A DNA stretch of 64,000 nucleotides from a virus: IMG/VR virus record IMGVR_UViG_3300034418_007369, positions 16,292 through 80,291 of that record. One strand, given 5' to 3'. How positions within the stretch are numbered: position 1 is the first letter of the stretch; each line of letters begins with the position of its first letter. Position numbers and translations under genes: made by a program. The notes beneath the pieces were generated by a model. It made no database searches, had not been told where the DNA came from, and saw only the letters and a program-made list of their open reading frames with translations. Shown one piece after another: positions 18,985-27,729 of the stretch.

Positions 18985-19963
18985 CGCGCTAAAAGATTCT
19001 ATTCCAGAAGTGCTTGAAAGACTTGATATTGAGTATATAGAATACAGCAATAGATACGCTTTTCCTTGTCCTATTCACGGCGGCGACAATCCAGAAGGAT
19101 GTTGTGTCTTTCTAGATGGTGATGACGTTGTGGGAAACTGGAAATGCTGGACAGCCGGGTGTGACGACGACTATGCGAGAAACATATTTGGATTTATTAG
19201 AGGCTGTTTAACCACCAAGAAGGGATCAGAAGCGACTCTTTCAGAAACATATAAATTTTGTGAGTCTATAGCAAAAGCAGAAGAAAGAGAAGAAATAGAC
19301 ATCAATCCTGCTAAAGAAGCTAAAATGATTGATATTTTTTTGAAGCAGTCTGTCGCGACAATACCAACAATCTCAAGACAGGATGTTCGATCTAAAATAC
19401 AAATACCATCACAATATTATATGGACAGAGGATACTCAGAGGAAGTTCTTGACTTGTTTGATGTTGGTACATGTTTAGATAGCAATAGGCCAATGTGTAA
19501 TCGGGCCGTTGTTCCTATCTATGATGTAAACGATTGTTATGTTGGATGTGTTGGTAGATCAATCTATGATAACATGCAACCAAAATGGCTACACAGTAAA
19601 GGTTTTAAAAAAGAACATCTTTATGGGTTAAATATCGCAAAAGACCATATAATAAGAAGTAGAACCGTTTTCTTGCTAGAAGGTCAGGGCGATGTTTGGA
19701 GAATGCACGAGGCCGGATATAGCAACTCTGTTAGTATATTCGGCGCGTCCATAACAGATGAACAGCTGATATTGCTTGAAGAGATAGGAGTCATGAATGT
19801 AATAATATTAACAGACTATGATGAGGCCGGAAACAAGGCGGCCACTCAAATCATGAAAAAATGTGGAAGAAGATTTAATTATTTACGGCCAACTCTTGAC
19901 GCTAAAGATGTTGGCGATTTATCCGTTGAACAATTGCAAGAACAATTAAAGGCTATCTTATGA
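18944..19963 (+). CDS. dnaG: DnaG-type DNA primase (CHC2 zinc finger and Toprim)
   Basis: CPIHGGDN...WKCWTAGC, LYGLN, LLEGQGDV, TDYDEAG, KDVGD. Confidence 0.9.
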   Translation: MKTLTPNQISAACDALKDSIPEVLERLDIEYIEYSNRYAFPCPIHGGDNPEGCCVFLDGDDVVGNWKCWTAGCDDDYARNIFGFIRGCLTTKKGSEATLSETYKFCESIAKAEEREEIDINPAKEAKMIDIFLKQSVATIPTISRQDVRSKIQIPSQYYMDRGYSEEVLDLFDVGTCLDSNRPMCNRAVVPIYDVNDCYVGCVGRSIYDNMQPKWLHSKGFKKEHLYGLNIAKDHIIRSRTVFLLEGQGDVWRMHEAGYSNSVSIFGASITDEQLILLEEIGVMNVIILTDYDEAGNKAATQIMKKCGRRFNYLRPTLDAKDVGDLSVEQLQEQLKAIL

Positions 19964-20772
19964 CTAAAATATTAGCGTTTTCTGGAAAGAAACAATCTGG
20001 CAAAAGCACATCTTCAAACTTTATTCATGGCTATCAACTAAGAGCCTTTAGAGTTATAGAAAACTTCGCCCTAAATGAAAAAGGCGACCTCTTAATAAGA
20101 ACAGGAGAATCAAATGACTCTTACGGGATGCTGGATGTTAACAGGTTCGATGCGCAATTTGCCGAGTGGGCTGGATATAATATGTGGCCCTATATTAAAA
20201 AATACTCACTAGCCACGCCACTGAAGCTAATGGCTGTAGAGCTGTTTGGCCTAAGTGACGAGCAGGTGTTTGGCACAGACGTTCAAAAAAATACAAAGAC
20301 TCACATAAAGTGGGAAAACATGCCAATTTCAATAGCACAAAGAAAAAAGCTAAACAAGTACGGCAGAATGACAGCTAGAGAATTTCTACAGTTTTTTGGA
20401 ACAGAAATTTGCAGAAAGATTCATAATGATGTTTGGGTCGAGCGTCTTGTTAAAGATATTGAGATGGAATCTTCTTTGCTTGCGGTCGTTGATGATGTTA
20501 GATTTCAAAATGAAGTAGAGCTTATTCAGAAAGCGGGCGGCAGGGTTATAAGACTAACAAGACAGCCACATGAAGATAATCACTCTAGCGAAACAGAGCT
20601 AGATAATTATGAAGATTTTGATGCGGTTATTGACAATACAGACCTAAGCATTACCGAAACAAATAAACAAATTATTGATTTGTTAGAAAAATGGGGATGG
20701 CTAGGAGAAGAAGTTTTACTACAGAGCGAAGAACAGGAGAGATTAACAGGTATTCAAGCAATAAGGAGCTAG
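19960..20772 (+). CDS. deoxynucleoside monophosphate kinase
   Basis: SGKKQSGKST P-loop, ATPLK, REFLQFFGTE, DDVRFQNE, HSSE. Confidence 0.88.
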   Translation: MTKILAFSGKKQSGKSTSSNFIHGYQLRAFRVIENFALNEKGDLLIRTGESNDSYGMLDVNRFDAQFAEWAGYNMWPYIKKYSLATPLKLMAVELFGLSDEQVFGTDVQKNTKTHIKWENMPISIAQRKKLNKYGRMTAREFLQFFGTEICRKIHNDVWVERLVKDIEMESSLLAVVDDVRFQNEVELIQKAGGRVIRLTRQPHEDNHSSETELDNYEDFDAVIDNTDLSITETNKQIIDLLEKWGWLGEEVLLQSEEQERLTGIQAIRS

Positions 20773-20773
20773 G

Positions 20774-21796
20774 ATGATAGTAACGTATATTAGGTCGTCT
20801 AGCTATGGCAACTATGAATTTTGTCAGATGCAGTATTTTATGACATATGTCTTAGGTCATAGATCGGCTTCTGGAAAAAAGGCGCAACAGGGTACAGCCT
20901 GTCATAAGGTCATGGAATGCTTAGCGGCATGTAAAAAAGAACTACAAGAAAAGCCAGAAGAAAAAAATCTATCTATTACAGATGATGCTATTGGCGAAGT
21001 AGAATTTACACCCAAAAAGCTCTACACTAAAAAATTTGTAAAAGATTTAATGGATAGAAGTTATGAGTATTATACCTCTATGGATGACCATAAGTACTAT
21101 CCGGCAGATTTTAGATTTTGTGAACAGCAAGTTGAAACGGCACTTACTTACAATGATGGTCAGTTCGACCCTAGAAATAGAACCATTGTAGACACAGAGC
21201 CTACTTTCGATATTCCTATTGAAGAAGATTGGGCTAAGTTTGAATATGAAATGCCAGATGGAACCAAACTAAATGGACAGCTCGCTATCAAAGGAACTAT
21301 TGACTTAGTTACACAAATTGATGACGGCGTTATAGAGGTCATAGACTGGAAAACAGGACAAAGAAAGAACTGGGCGACCGGAGAAGAAAAAACTTACGAA
21401 AAACTTCTTGAAGATCCTCAACTTCTATTGTATAACTATGCGATATCTAAATTATATCCAGACTATGAACAGGCTATTATGTCTATCTTCTTCACAAGAG
21501 ACGGCGGCCCTTTTAGCATGTGTTTTGATGCGTCAGATCAAGACAGGTTTTTGGGTATGCTAAAAGCCAGATACGAAGAAATAAAACAAAATATTAAACC
21601 AAAGCCAATTAAACAAAACAGAATGGATTTTAGATGTCAAAAACTATGTCATTTTTATAAGAATAATTGGCCCGGAACAAATACTACAATGTGTCAGCAT
21701 GTCGAGGGCAGGCTGCACACGATTGGCTATAAAGAGACCCTCAAAGAGTGTACTAAGGAAGGATTTAACATAGGATATTATGAGGCTCCGGGATAA
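20774..21796 (+). CDS. PD-(D/E)xK RecB/Cas4-like exonuclease
   Basis: SSY..C, GTACH, GTIDL, IDWKTG, QLLLY, and C-terminal Cys cluster CQKLC...C. Confidence 0.85.
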   Translation: MIVTYIRSSSYGNYEFCQMQYFMTYVLGHRSASGKKAQQGTACHKVMECLAACKKELQEKPEEKNLSITDDAIGEVEFTPKKLYTKKFVKDLMDRSYEYYTSMDDHKYYPADFRFCEQQVETALTYNDGQFDPRNRTIVDTEPTFDIPIEEDWAKFEYEMPDGTKLNGQLAIKGTIDLVTQIDDGVIEVIDWKTGQRKNWATGEEKTYEKLLEDPQLLLYNYAISKLYPDYEQAIMSIFFTRDGGPFSMCFDASDQDRFLGMLKARYEEIKQNIKPKPIKQNRMDFRCQKLCHFYKNNWPGTNTTMCQHVEGRLHTIGYKETLKECTKEGFNIGYYEAPG

Positions 21797-21797
21797 T

Positions 21798-22520
21798 ATG
21801 AAGGGAATAATTTTAGCAGGTGGCACAGGAAGCAGGCTTTACCCGCTTACAAAAGTTACAAACAAGCATCTTTTACCAGTCGGAAAATTTCCAATGATTC
21901 ACTATCCAATAGTGAACATGAAAAACGCTGGCATAACAGACATATTGATTGTTAGCGGAACAGATCATGTGGGAGACATGATAGCTTTTTTAGGCAGCGG
22001 AAGCGAATATGGTTGCGACTTTACCTTTAAGGTTCAGGATCAGCCAGATGGAATCGCCGGAGCTTTAAAACTGTGCAAGTCTTTTGTTGGGAGTGATAAT
22101 TTTTTGGTTGTCTTGGGGGATAATATTTTTGAAATTGACATTAAGCATCACATAGATTCATTTAACACATCTGCAAAGTTTTTCTTTAAACGCATGGAAA
22201 ATCCTAATAGGTTTGGTGTTGCTGTTCTAAATGACGATTTTGAATTATTAGAAATAGAAGAAAAGCCAAGCAATCCCAAGAGTGATTTAGCCTGTATGGG
22301 CATATATATGTATACAAGCGAACTTTTTAATTATGTGGACGATCTTAAAAAATCAGAGAGAATGGAGTACGAAGTTTCCGATTTAAATAATCTCATGATA
22401 AAAAACCATAAGACGAGTTACGTTATCATGGATGAATTTTGCATGGACGCAGGCACTATGGACTCCTATCACTATACAAATAAAATTTTAATAGAAAATG
22501 ATAAACGACCAAGGGGGTAG
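21798..22520 (+). CDS. rmlA: glucose-1-phosphate thymidylyltransferase (short form)
   Basis: GIILAGGTGSRLYPLT...KHLLPV, QDQPDGIA, LGDNIF, EEKP, DAGT. Confidence 0.92.
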   Translation: MKGIILAGGTGSRLYPLTKVTNKHLLPVGKFPMIHYPIVNMKNAGITDILIVSGTDHVGDMIAFLGSGSEYGCDFTFKVQDQPDGIAGALKLCKSFVGSDNFLVVLGDNIFEIDIKHHIDSFNTSAKFFFKRMENPNRFGVAVLNDDFELLEIEEKPSNPKSDLACMGIYMYTSELFNYVDDLKKSERMEYEVSDLNNLMIKNHKTSYVIMDEFCMDAGTMDSYHYTNKILIENDKRPRG

Positions 22521-22522
22521 CC

Positions 22523-23404
22523 GTGTCGCAGTTGATAGACCTAAAAAAAGACTTTGATTTGGGGAATAAATTTTTACTAGACGTAGCGTCAGAGCTATCT
22601 AACACTCTAGATGATAGTTATAGGGTTGTTATTAAGTATGATCTACAAGATTACAATATTCCAAAAGACGACAAGAAAAATATACTTTTTGCGCTGTCTA
22701 GAGAAACACATGAACTACCAAGATACACAGAAGACGAAAGGATTTTTCTTACGTTTCATAACTATGCTCCTTTAGACGCTTGGGGACATCCGATAAATCA
22801 TCCGAAAGTTGTGCCGCTGCCGCTTGGATTCTTTATAAATGATATGACCTCCAAGGTTGAAGAAATAAAGCCTCACGAAGATAGAGAATATGACTTCTGT
22901 TTCGTTGGACAGATACCGCATACCGGAACAAGAGATAAGTTTAAAAGATGTTTAGACAATATGCTAGAGCGCATAGGAAATAAATACAAATACTACGTCA
23001 AATATACTGAGTCTTTTGGTTGCGGCTTAGATCATCAAGAATATATTGACTTATTAAACAACTCAAAAATTTGCCTATGTCCGACTGGGGCATATAGTGA
23101 TGAGTCTTTTAGATTTTTTGAATCTATAGCTATGGGGGCGTTCCCTATGGTTGAAATGCTGCCAAGGTTTTGGTATTATGAACAGGCACCAATGTTTTTC
23201 GCTAAATGGCAATTCTTAGATAGCTTTCTAGAAAATTCTTTAAATTTTTTACGATCTGAAAATAAAAGAGTTGCACTTGAACAAATTGTAAACTACAATA
23301 ATACAATATTGAATACTGTCACCCTTTCTGGATTTTTGAAAAAGATAATTGATGAACAGCAAATACATACCAATAAATTGCAAGACCCACTTCAGTCTCC
23401 TTAA
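22523..23404 (+). CDS. exostosin-like (GT47) glycosyltransferase
   Basis: REYDFCFVG...R...YIDLLNNSKICLCPTG...SFRFFESIAMGAFP. Confidence 0.75.
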   Translation: MSQLIDLKKDFDLGNKFLLDVASELSNTLDDSYRVVIKYDLQDYNIPKDDKKNILFALSRETHELPRYTEDERIFLTFHNYAPLDAWGHPINHPKVVPLPLGFFINDMTSKVEEIKPHEDREYDFCFVGQIPHTGTRDKFKRCLDNMLERIGNKYKYYVKYTESFGCGLDHQEYIDLLNNSKICLCPTGAYSDESFRFFESIAMGAFPMVEMLPRFWYYEQAPMFFAKWQFLDSFLENSLNFLRSENKRVALEQIVNYNNTILNTVTLSGFLKKIIDEQQIHTNKLQDPLQSP

Positions 23405-24944
23405 AGGATTCTCTAATCCCGATAGACTAGCGAAACTGTGCGCTTCATATAACTATGGGGCGTGCGTTCTTGCTGATGTCAACACTCTTTCTGGCGCCGT
23501 GAACTTTCATCAGGCGTGTACGAAGAATGGCGTCAAGCCAATACTAGGACTAGACACAGAGCAATTCCTCCTAATTGCAAAGAATAAAGCTGGATGGCTA
23601 GACCTTATTAAATATTCTTCAGAAGAACAAGATATTGACACTCTGAAAAGAATAGCTGATAATGGCAACATTTTGTTTATAACAACAGAAGATAGTCCAG
23701 CCCAAAAGAAAATGTGGGGAAAGAATTATTTTTGTTATGATTATATTTCTGATGCGGTGTATTATTGCACCAAAGAAGAAGCAGAGCTACATAGAATCAT
23801 TCTGTGTTCTGGGATGAAAACCAGCATTCCGAAAGTTACGGCAAAGCTGCAAAAGGGAGAAGATTTTGAAAACAAACACTTCTTTACAAGTGAAGATTAT
23901 TGCTTAAAGCCGACAAGCAGAGTCACAGGTAATAAAAAATTATTTGACGCACTCGCTTCGTGCGAAGAGTATGAAATCACCGGAAAGCCAATGCTGCCAG
24001 AGTTTGATGTGCCTGAAGGGTTTGATAGTGATGAGTATCTTAAAGAGCTTTGTCGGCATGGTTGGAAATCTAAACTCGCCCCCGCTGGCAAAGTGTCCGA
24101 CCCAAAACAGAAAGAAATCTATCTGCAAAGAGTAAAGACTGAGCTTGAAGTTATCTTTAAGGCTAATCTTAGTGGTTATTTTTTGATCGTGCAAGATATT
24201 GTCAATTATGTTAAAAATCGTGGCTGGATCGCTGGTCCCGGTCGAGGATCTGCTGCCGGGTGTTTGATCTCTTATTTAGTTGGAATCACAGAAGTTGATC
24301 CAATTGAATTTGACTTACTCTTTGAGAGATTTTATAACGAGGGACGGAATACGGAAGATCACGTCTCGCTTCCAGATGTTGATATGGATGTTCCCGCAGA
24401 ACATCGAGACGAAGTAATTGACTACATTAAAGAAAAGTATGGAATTGATAAGGTCTCCCAGATGGTAACATTTGGTAAACTACAAGGTCGCGCGGCGATC
24501 AAAGAAGTTTTAAGAATCAATGATGCTGTATCTTTTTCTGAAATGAACGCTATTACAGATAGTATTCCAGATGAAGCTAAAATTTCTGACCAGCTAGAAC
24601 TCATGGAAGATAAGTCTATTATCAGATGGGCGCTAGAAAACGAATCAGAAGCGCTAAAGAGCTGGTGCTATTATGATGAAGAAGGAAACTTAGAAGGACC
24701 GCTATCAAGATATTTTGAACAAGCTATTAAAATTGAAGGAACAAATAAATCTCAGGGCAAACATGCTGCCGGTGTAATTATATCTAAACATCCACTAGCA
24801 GAGGTTTGTCCAATGGTTAAAGACAAGAATGGTAAAATGATTGCCGCGCTTGAGATGAATGACCTAGAGGCTATGGGTCATGTTAAGTTTGATGTTCTTG
24901 GAATTGACTTGTTAAGTAAAATTATGGAAATATGTGAGGATTAA
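23352..24944 (+). CDS. dnaE: DNA polymerase III alpha subunit, N-terminal half (degenerate PHP, palm, thumb)
   Basis: THFSLLKG, YFLIVQD, GPGRGSAAG, LLFERFYN, PDVDMD, GKHAAGV, KFDVLG; ends immediately after the third catalytic Asp motif. Confidence 0.93.
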   Translation: MNSKYIPINCKTHFSLLKGFSNPDRLAKLCASYNYGACVLADVNTLSGAVNFHQACTKNGVKPILGLDTEQFLLIAKNKAGWLDLIKYSSEEQDIDTLKRIADNGNILFITTEDSPAQKKMWGKNYFCYDYISDAVYYCTKEEAELHRIILCSGMKTSIPKVTAKLQKGEDFENKHFFTSEDYCLKPTSRVTGNKKLFDALASCEEYEITGKPMLPEFDVPEGFDSDEYLKELCRHGWKSKLAPAGKVSDPKQKEIYLQRVKTELEVIFKANLSGYFLIVQDIVNYVKNRGWIAGPGRGSAAGCLISYLVGITEVDPIEFDLLFERFYNEGRNTEDHVSLPDVDMDVPAEHRDEVIDYIKEKYGIDKVSQMVTFGKLQGRAAIKEVLRINDAVSFSEMNAITDSIPDEAKISDQLELMEDKSIIRWALENESEALKSWCYYDEEGNLEGPLSRYFEQAIKIEGTNKSQGKHAAGVIISKHPLAEVCPMVKDKNGKMIAALEMNDLEAMGHVKFDVLGIDLLSKIMEICED

Positions 24945-25160
24945 ATGAATGCTACAAAAGAAGAATATATGTCTGTGATTTTTTCTGGTTGCAGTATTGA
25001 CTATAAAGATATTACATTTTGTAATTTGGCTAATCACTATAGAAGATTGGCAAGATCAAATGAATATCAAGTATGGTCAGACAGACAAAACGAATATCAC
25101 CTATTTAAAAATATCGAAGATGCTGTTGATAAGTTTATTGAACTAAAGAAAAGGAAGTAA
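24945..25160 (+). CDS. hypothetical 71-aa protein between the split dnaE halves
   Basis: GAGGA RBS; ATG immediately follows the dnaE-N stop. Confidence 0.65.
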   Translation: MNATKEEYMSVIFSGCSIDYKDITFCNLANHYRRLARSNEYQVWSDRQNEYHLFKNIEDAVDKFIELKKRK

Positions 25161-25161
25161 C

Positions 25162-25857
25162 ATGGCGAACTATAGAGATATTATTGTTTTTGACTTTGAG
25201 ACCGGCGGCGCTAATCCATATACGTGTCAGCCAACTCAAATCGCGGCTGTGGCTATCCACGCTAGAAAGCTAGAGCTACAGCCCGGAGGCGTGTTTAACA
25301 GCGAGATTCGCCCTATTATCGACGACGATGAGGCCATTAAAGCGGGAGTCGGCCCGTTGGAGGAAGAGGCTCTGCGGGTAACGCGCAAAAACCGTGACGA
25401 CCTAGCAAAAGCACCTTTGCCCAAAACAGTATGGAAAAAGTTTGCTCAGTTTTGCGACAAATATAATTTTAAGAAAACTAATTATTATGCACCTATCGCT
25501 GCTGGCTATAATATCAATGGCTTTGATATGCCTATTGTGGAGAGAATGTGTCAACAATATGGTCCAACTCATGCAAAGAATGGCAGGCAGGGAATCTTTA
25601 ACCCTATTTTTACCATTGATGTAATGCAACATATTTACTGCTGGTTTGAAAACAATACAGAAGTAAAGGGATATGGTATGGATTACTTGCGCGACTATTT
25701 TGGAATGAGTCAGGCTAGTAAGGATAATGCTCACGATGCGTTGCAAGACGTTAAGGATACCGCTAATATCATGATTAAGTTCATGAAATTGCAAAGAACA
25801 TTGCTACATAAAGTTAAATTTGAAAAAACATTTGCGAACGGGGATATTTATGTCTAA
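25162..25857 (+). CDS. dnaQ: DEDDh 3'-5' exonuclease (DnaQ/epsilon-like)
   Basis: ExoI VFDFETGG, ExoII AGYNINGFD, ExoIII HDALQD. Confidence 0.88.
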   Translation: MANYRDIIVFDFETGGANPYTCQPTQIAAVAIHARKLELQPGGVFNSEIRPIIDDDEAIKAGVGPLEEEALRVTRKNRDDLAKAPLPKTVWKKFAQFCDKYNFKKTNYYAPIAAGYNINGFDMPIVERMCQQYGPTHAKNGRQGIFNPIFTIDVMQHIYCWFENNTEVKGYGMDYLRDYFGMSQASKDNAHDALQDVKDTANIMIKFMKLQRTLLHKVKFEKTFANGDIYV

Positions 25858-27391
25858 ATTTGACATTAATAATTTTGAAGATGAAGAAGTTTGGGATTTG
25901 ATTTGCGAAGGACGCACAAAGGGCGTTTTTCAACTTGAGTCTAGCCTTGGTAAGCATTGGGCTAAAGAAGTCAAACCCAGAAGCATCAGTGAATTAGCGG
26001 CTCTTATTTCGTTGATTCGTCCCGGCTGTTTGAAGGCTTACACAGATGGTAAATCCATGACACAGCACTATGCGGATAGAAAAAAGGGAACTGATGCTGT
26101 TGATTACCCAGATGATTCTTTGGAGCCTATTCTAAAAGGAACCTATGGTGTTTTGGTATACCAAGAGCAAAGCATGAAAATCGCCCAGCAACTAGCTGGG
26201 TTTGACCTTAAAGAAGCTGATTCGCTTCGTAAGGCTATTGGTAAAAAGAAAGCTGAACTCATGGAAGAAATGAAACAGGTCTTTATGGATGGCGCCGAAA
26301 AGCAGGGGATTATCAAGAAGGAAGTGGCGGGAGAGATTTTTTCATGGATCGAGAAGTCTAACCGCTACGCCTTCAACAAAAGTCACGCTGTTTCATATGC
26401 TATTGATGCATACTGGAGCGCGTACTGTAAATGTCATAGATTAGAGAGGTTTTACGTGAGTTACATGAATCGCTCTGACCGTAAGCCAAAGCCTGAGATT
26501 GAGCTAAAACAGCTTATCATGGATGCTAAGATGCATGGGCTAGACACCTATCCGCCAAGGCTTAATCACATGCACACAAATTTTCTACATGAGAATGGTA
26601 AAATTTATTTTGGTATGAGGCACATTAAAAATGTAGGCACGAAAGAGTGTGATAAAATTGAAGAATTAAAACAAACAGAAGATTTGTCTTTGTTTACTTG
26701 GATGGATTGTCTTATCAAGATTGTTCACCGTACCAAGATCAACAAGCGAGCGGCAATTGCTATGATTTCTGTTGGTGCGTTTAATGGCAAGAACAATAGA
26801 GAGTCTCGCCAGAAAATGCTGTATGAATATGATAGCTGGAATAATCTTTCTGCAAGAGAAAAAGATGCCATCGCTGATAATTACAAAAGTAATTTAACTT
26901 TGGCTCAGTGTGTAGACCTGCTATCAGACTGGGTTAAGATTAATTCTAGAAGGGCGCAAGCGATAGAGGACATCAAGCAGTCTCTCATTTCGCCATTCTA
27001 TAGCCTAGATGACGATCCCGCCTCTATTGCAGATTATGAAATTAAATTAATGGGGTGTGCCTTGACATGCAGTAAGGCAGATTCTATAAATATTTCTACA
27101 AATATGTGCAAAGATGTGACACAGGGTACTATAAGAGGTAAGGTAAATCTTTCTGTGATGATTAATTCTATCCGTACCTATAAAACTAAAAAGGGAAAGA
27201 ATCCCGGCCAAGAGATGGCTTTTTTGTGTATTGAAGACGCGAGCGGCGAACTGGATTCCGTTACAATTTTTCCAGAAGCATTTATAAAATATAAAGATTT
27301 ATTGATAGAAAGAAACACTGTCTTCATAGATGGTGAGGTTTCTAAGAGGGATAAAAATTCCATCGTTGTTAATAAAGTTATACAAGTTTGA
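25850..27391 (+). CDS. dnaE: DNA polymerase III alpha subunit, C-terminal half (fingers, HhH, OB fold)
   Basis: GVFQLES, LIRPG, YGVLVYQEQ, ADSLRKAIGKK, YAFNKSHA, FGMRHIKNVG, and OB fold MAFLCIEDASG...TIFP. Confidence 0.93.
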   Translation: MSKFDINNFEDEEVWDLICEGRTKGVFQLESSLGKHWAKEVKPRSISELAALISLIRPGCLKAYTDGKSMTQHYADRKKGTDAVDYPDDSLEPILKGTYGVLVYQEQSMKIAQQLAGFDLKEADSLRKAIGKKKAELMEEMKQVFMDGAEKQGIIKKEVAGEIFSWIEKSNRYAFNKSHAVSYAIDAYWSAYCKCHRLERFYVSYMNRSDRKPKPEIELKQLIMDAKMHGLDTYPPRLNHMHTNFLHENGKIYFGMRHIKNVGTKECDKIEELKQTEDLSLFTWMDCLIKIVHRTKINKRAAIAMISVGAFNGKNNRESRQKMLYEYDSWNNLSAREKDAIADNYKSNLTLAQCVDLLSDWVKINSRRAQAIEDIKQSLISPFYSLDDDPASIADYEIKLMGCALTCSKADSINISTNMCKDVTQGTIRGKVNLSVMINSIRTYKTKKGKNPGQEMAFLCIEDASGELDSVTIFPEAFIKYKDLLIERNTVFIDGEVSKRDKNSIVVNKVIQV

Positions 27392-27402
27392 AAAGGATTA
27401 TT

Positions 27403-27729
27403 ATGAATAATTGCTCTTTTTTAGGCAAGCTCAAAGAGCCTGTCTTTTCTACAGTATCTAATGATGTTGATATGGTTAATTTTGTACTTGAAGTTGAAGA
27501 ATATAGAAAAAATAAATCTGGTCAAAAAACAAGACGTGTTGAAAATCTAACATTTGAAGCATGGCACACCGCCGCTATTACCCTGAGAGAAAAATTAAAT
27601 GTTGGCGATCTCGTTCTGGTAGAATGTACAGCCAGAAGCAAAAGAGACGAAGATGATTTTTGCTACTTTAGAGTCAATAGTTTCAAGATTTTTAACAAAG
27701 AAAGATACTCCACGCAATCGGAAGACTAA
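27403..27729 (+). CDS. ssb: single-stranded DNA-binding protein (OB fold)
   Basis: MNNCSFLGKL...FEAW...GDLVLVEC pattern of bacterial-type SSB; follows the polymerase. Confidence 0.7.
   Translation: MNNCSFLGKLKEPVFSTVSNDVDMVNFVLEVEEYRKNKSGQKTRRVENLTFEAWHTAAITLREKLNVGDLVLVECTARSKRDEDDFCYFRVNSFKIFNKERYSTQSED

Noticed and set aside
20774-21796. CRISPR-Cas adaptation module
   Set aside because: The Cas4-like nuclease stands alone in a replication operon with no cas1, cas2 or array, as is common in phages.
25815-25857. Programmed +1 frameshift (TTT GAA AAA) fusing the exonuclease to dnaE-C
   Set aside because: The overlap of open frames is short, A-runs are common in this AT-rich genome, and ATG 25850 has its own GGGG/GGA RBS-like sequence with an ordinary 8-nt overlap.
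24900-25900. Split intein or self-splicing intron joining the dnaE halves
   Set aside because: No intein blocks at either end, and the gap is filled entirely by two coupled ORFs, leaving no room for a structured intron RNA.
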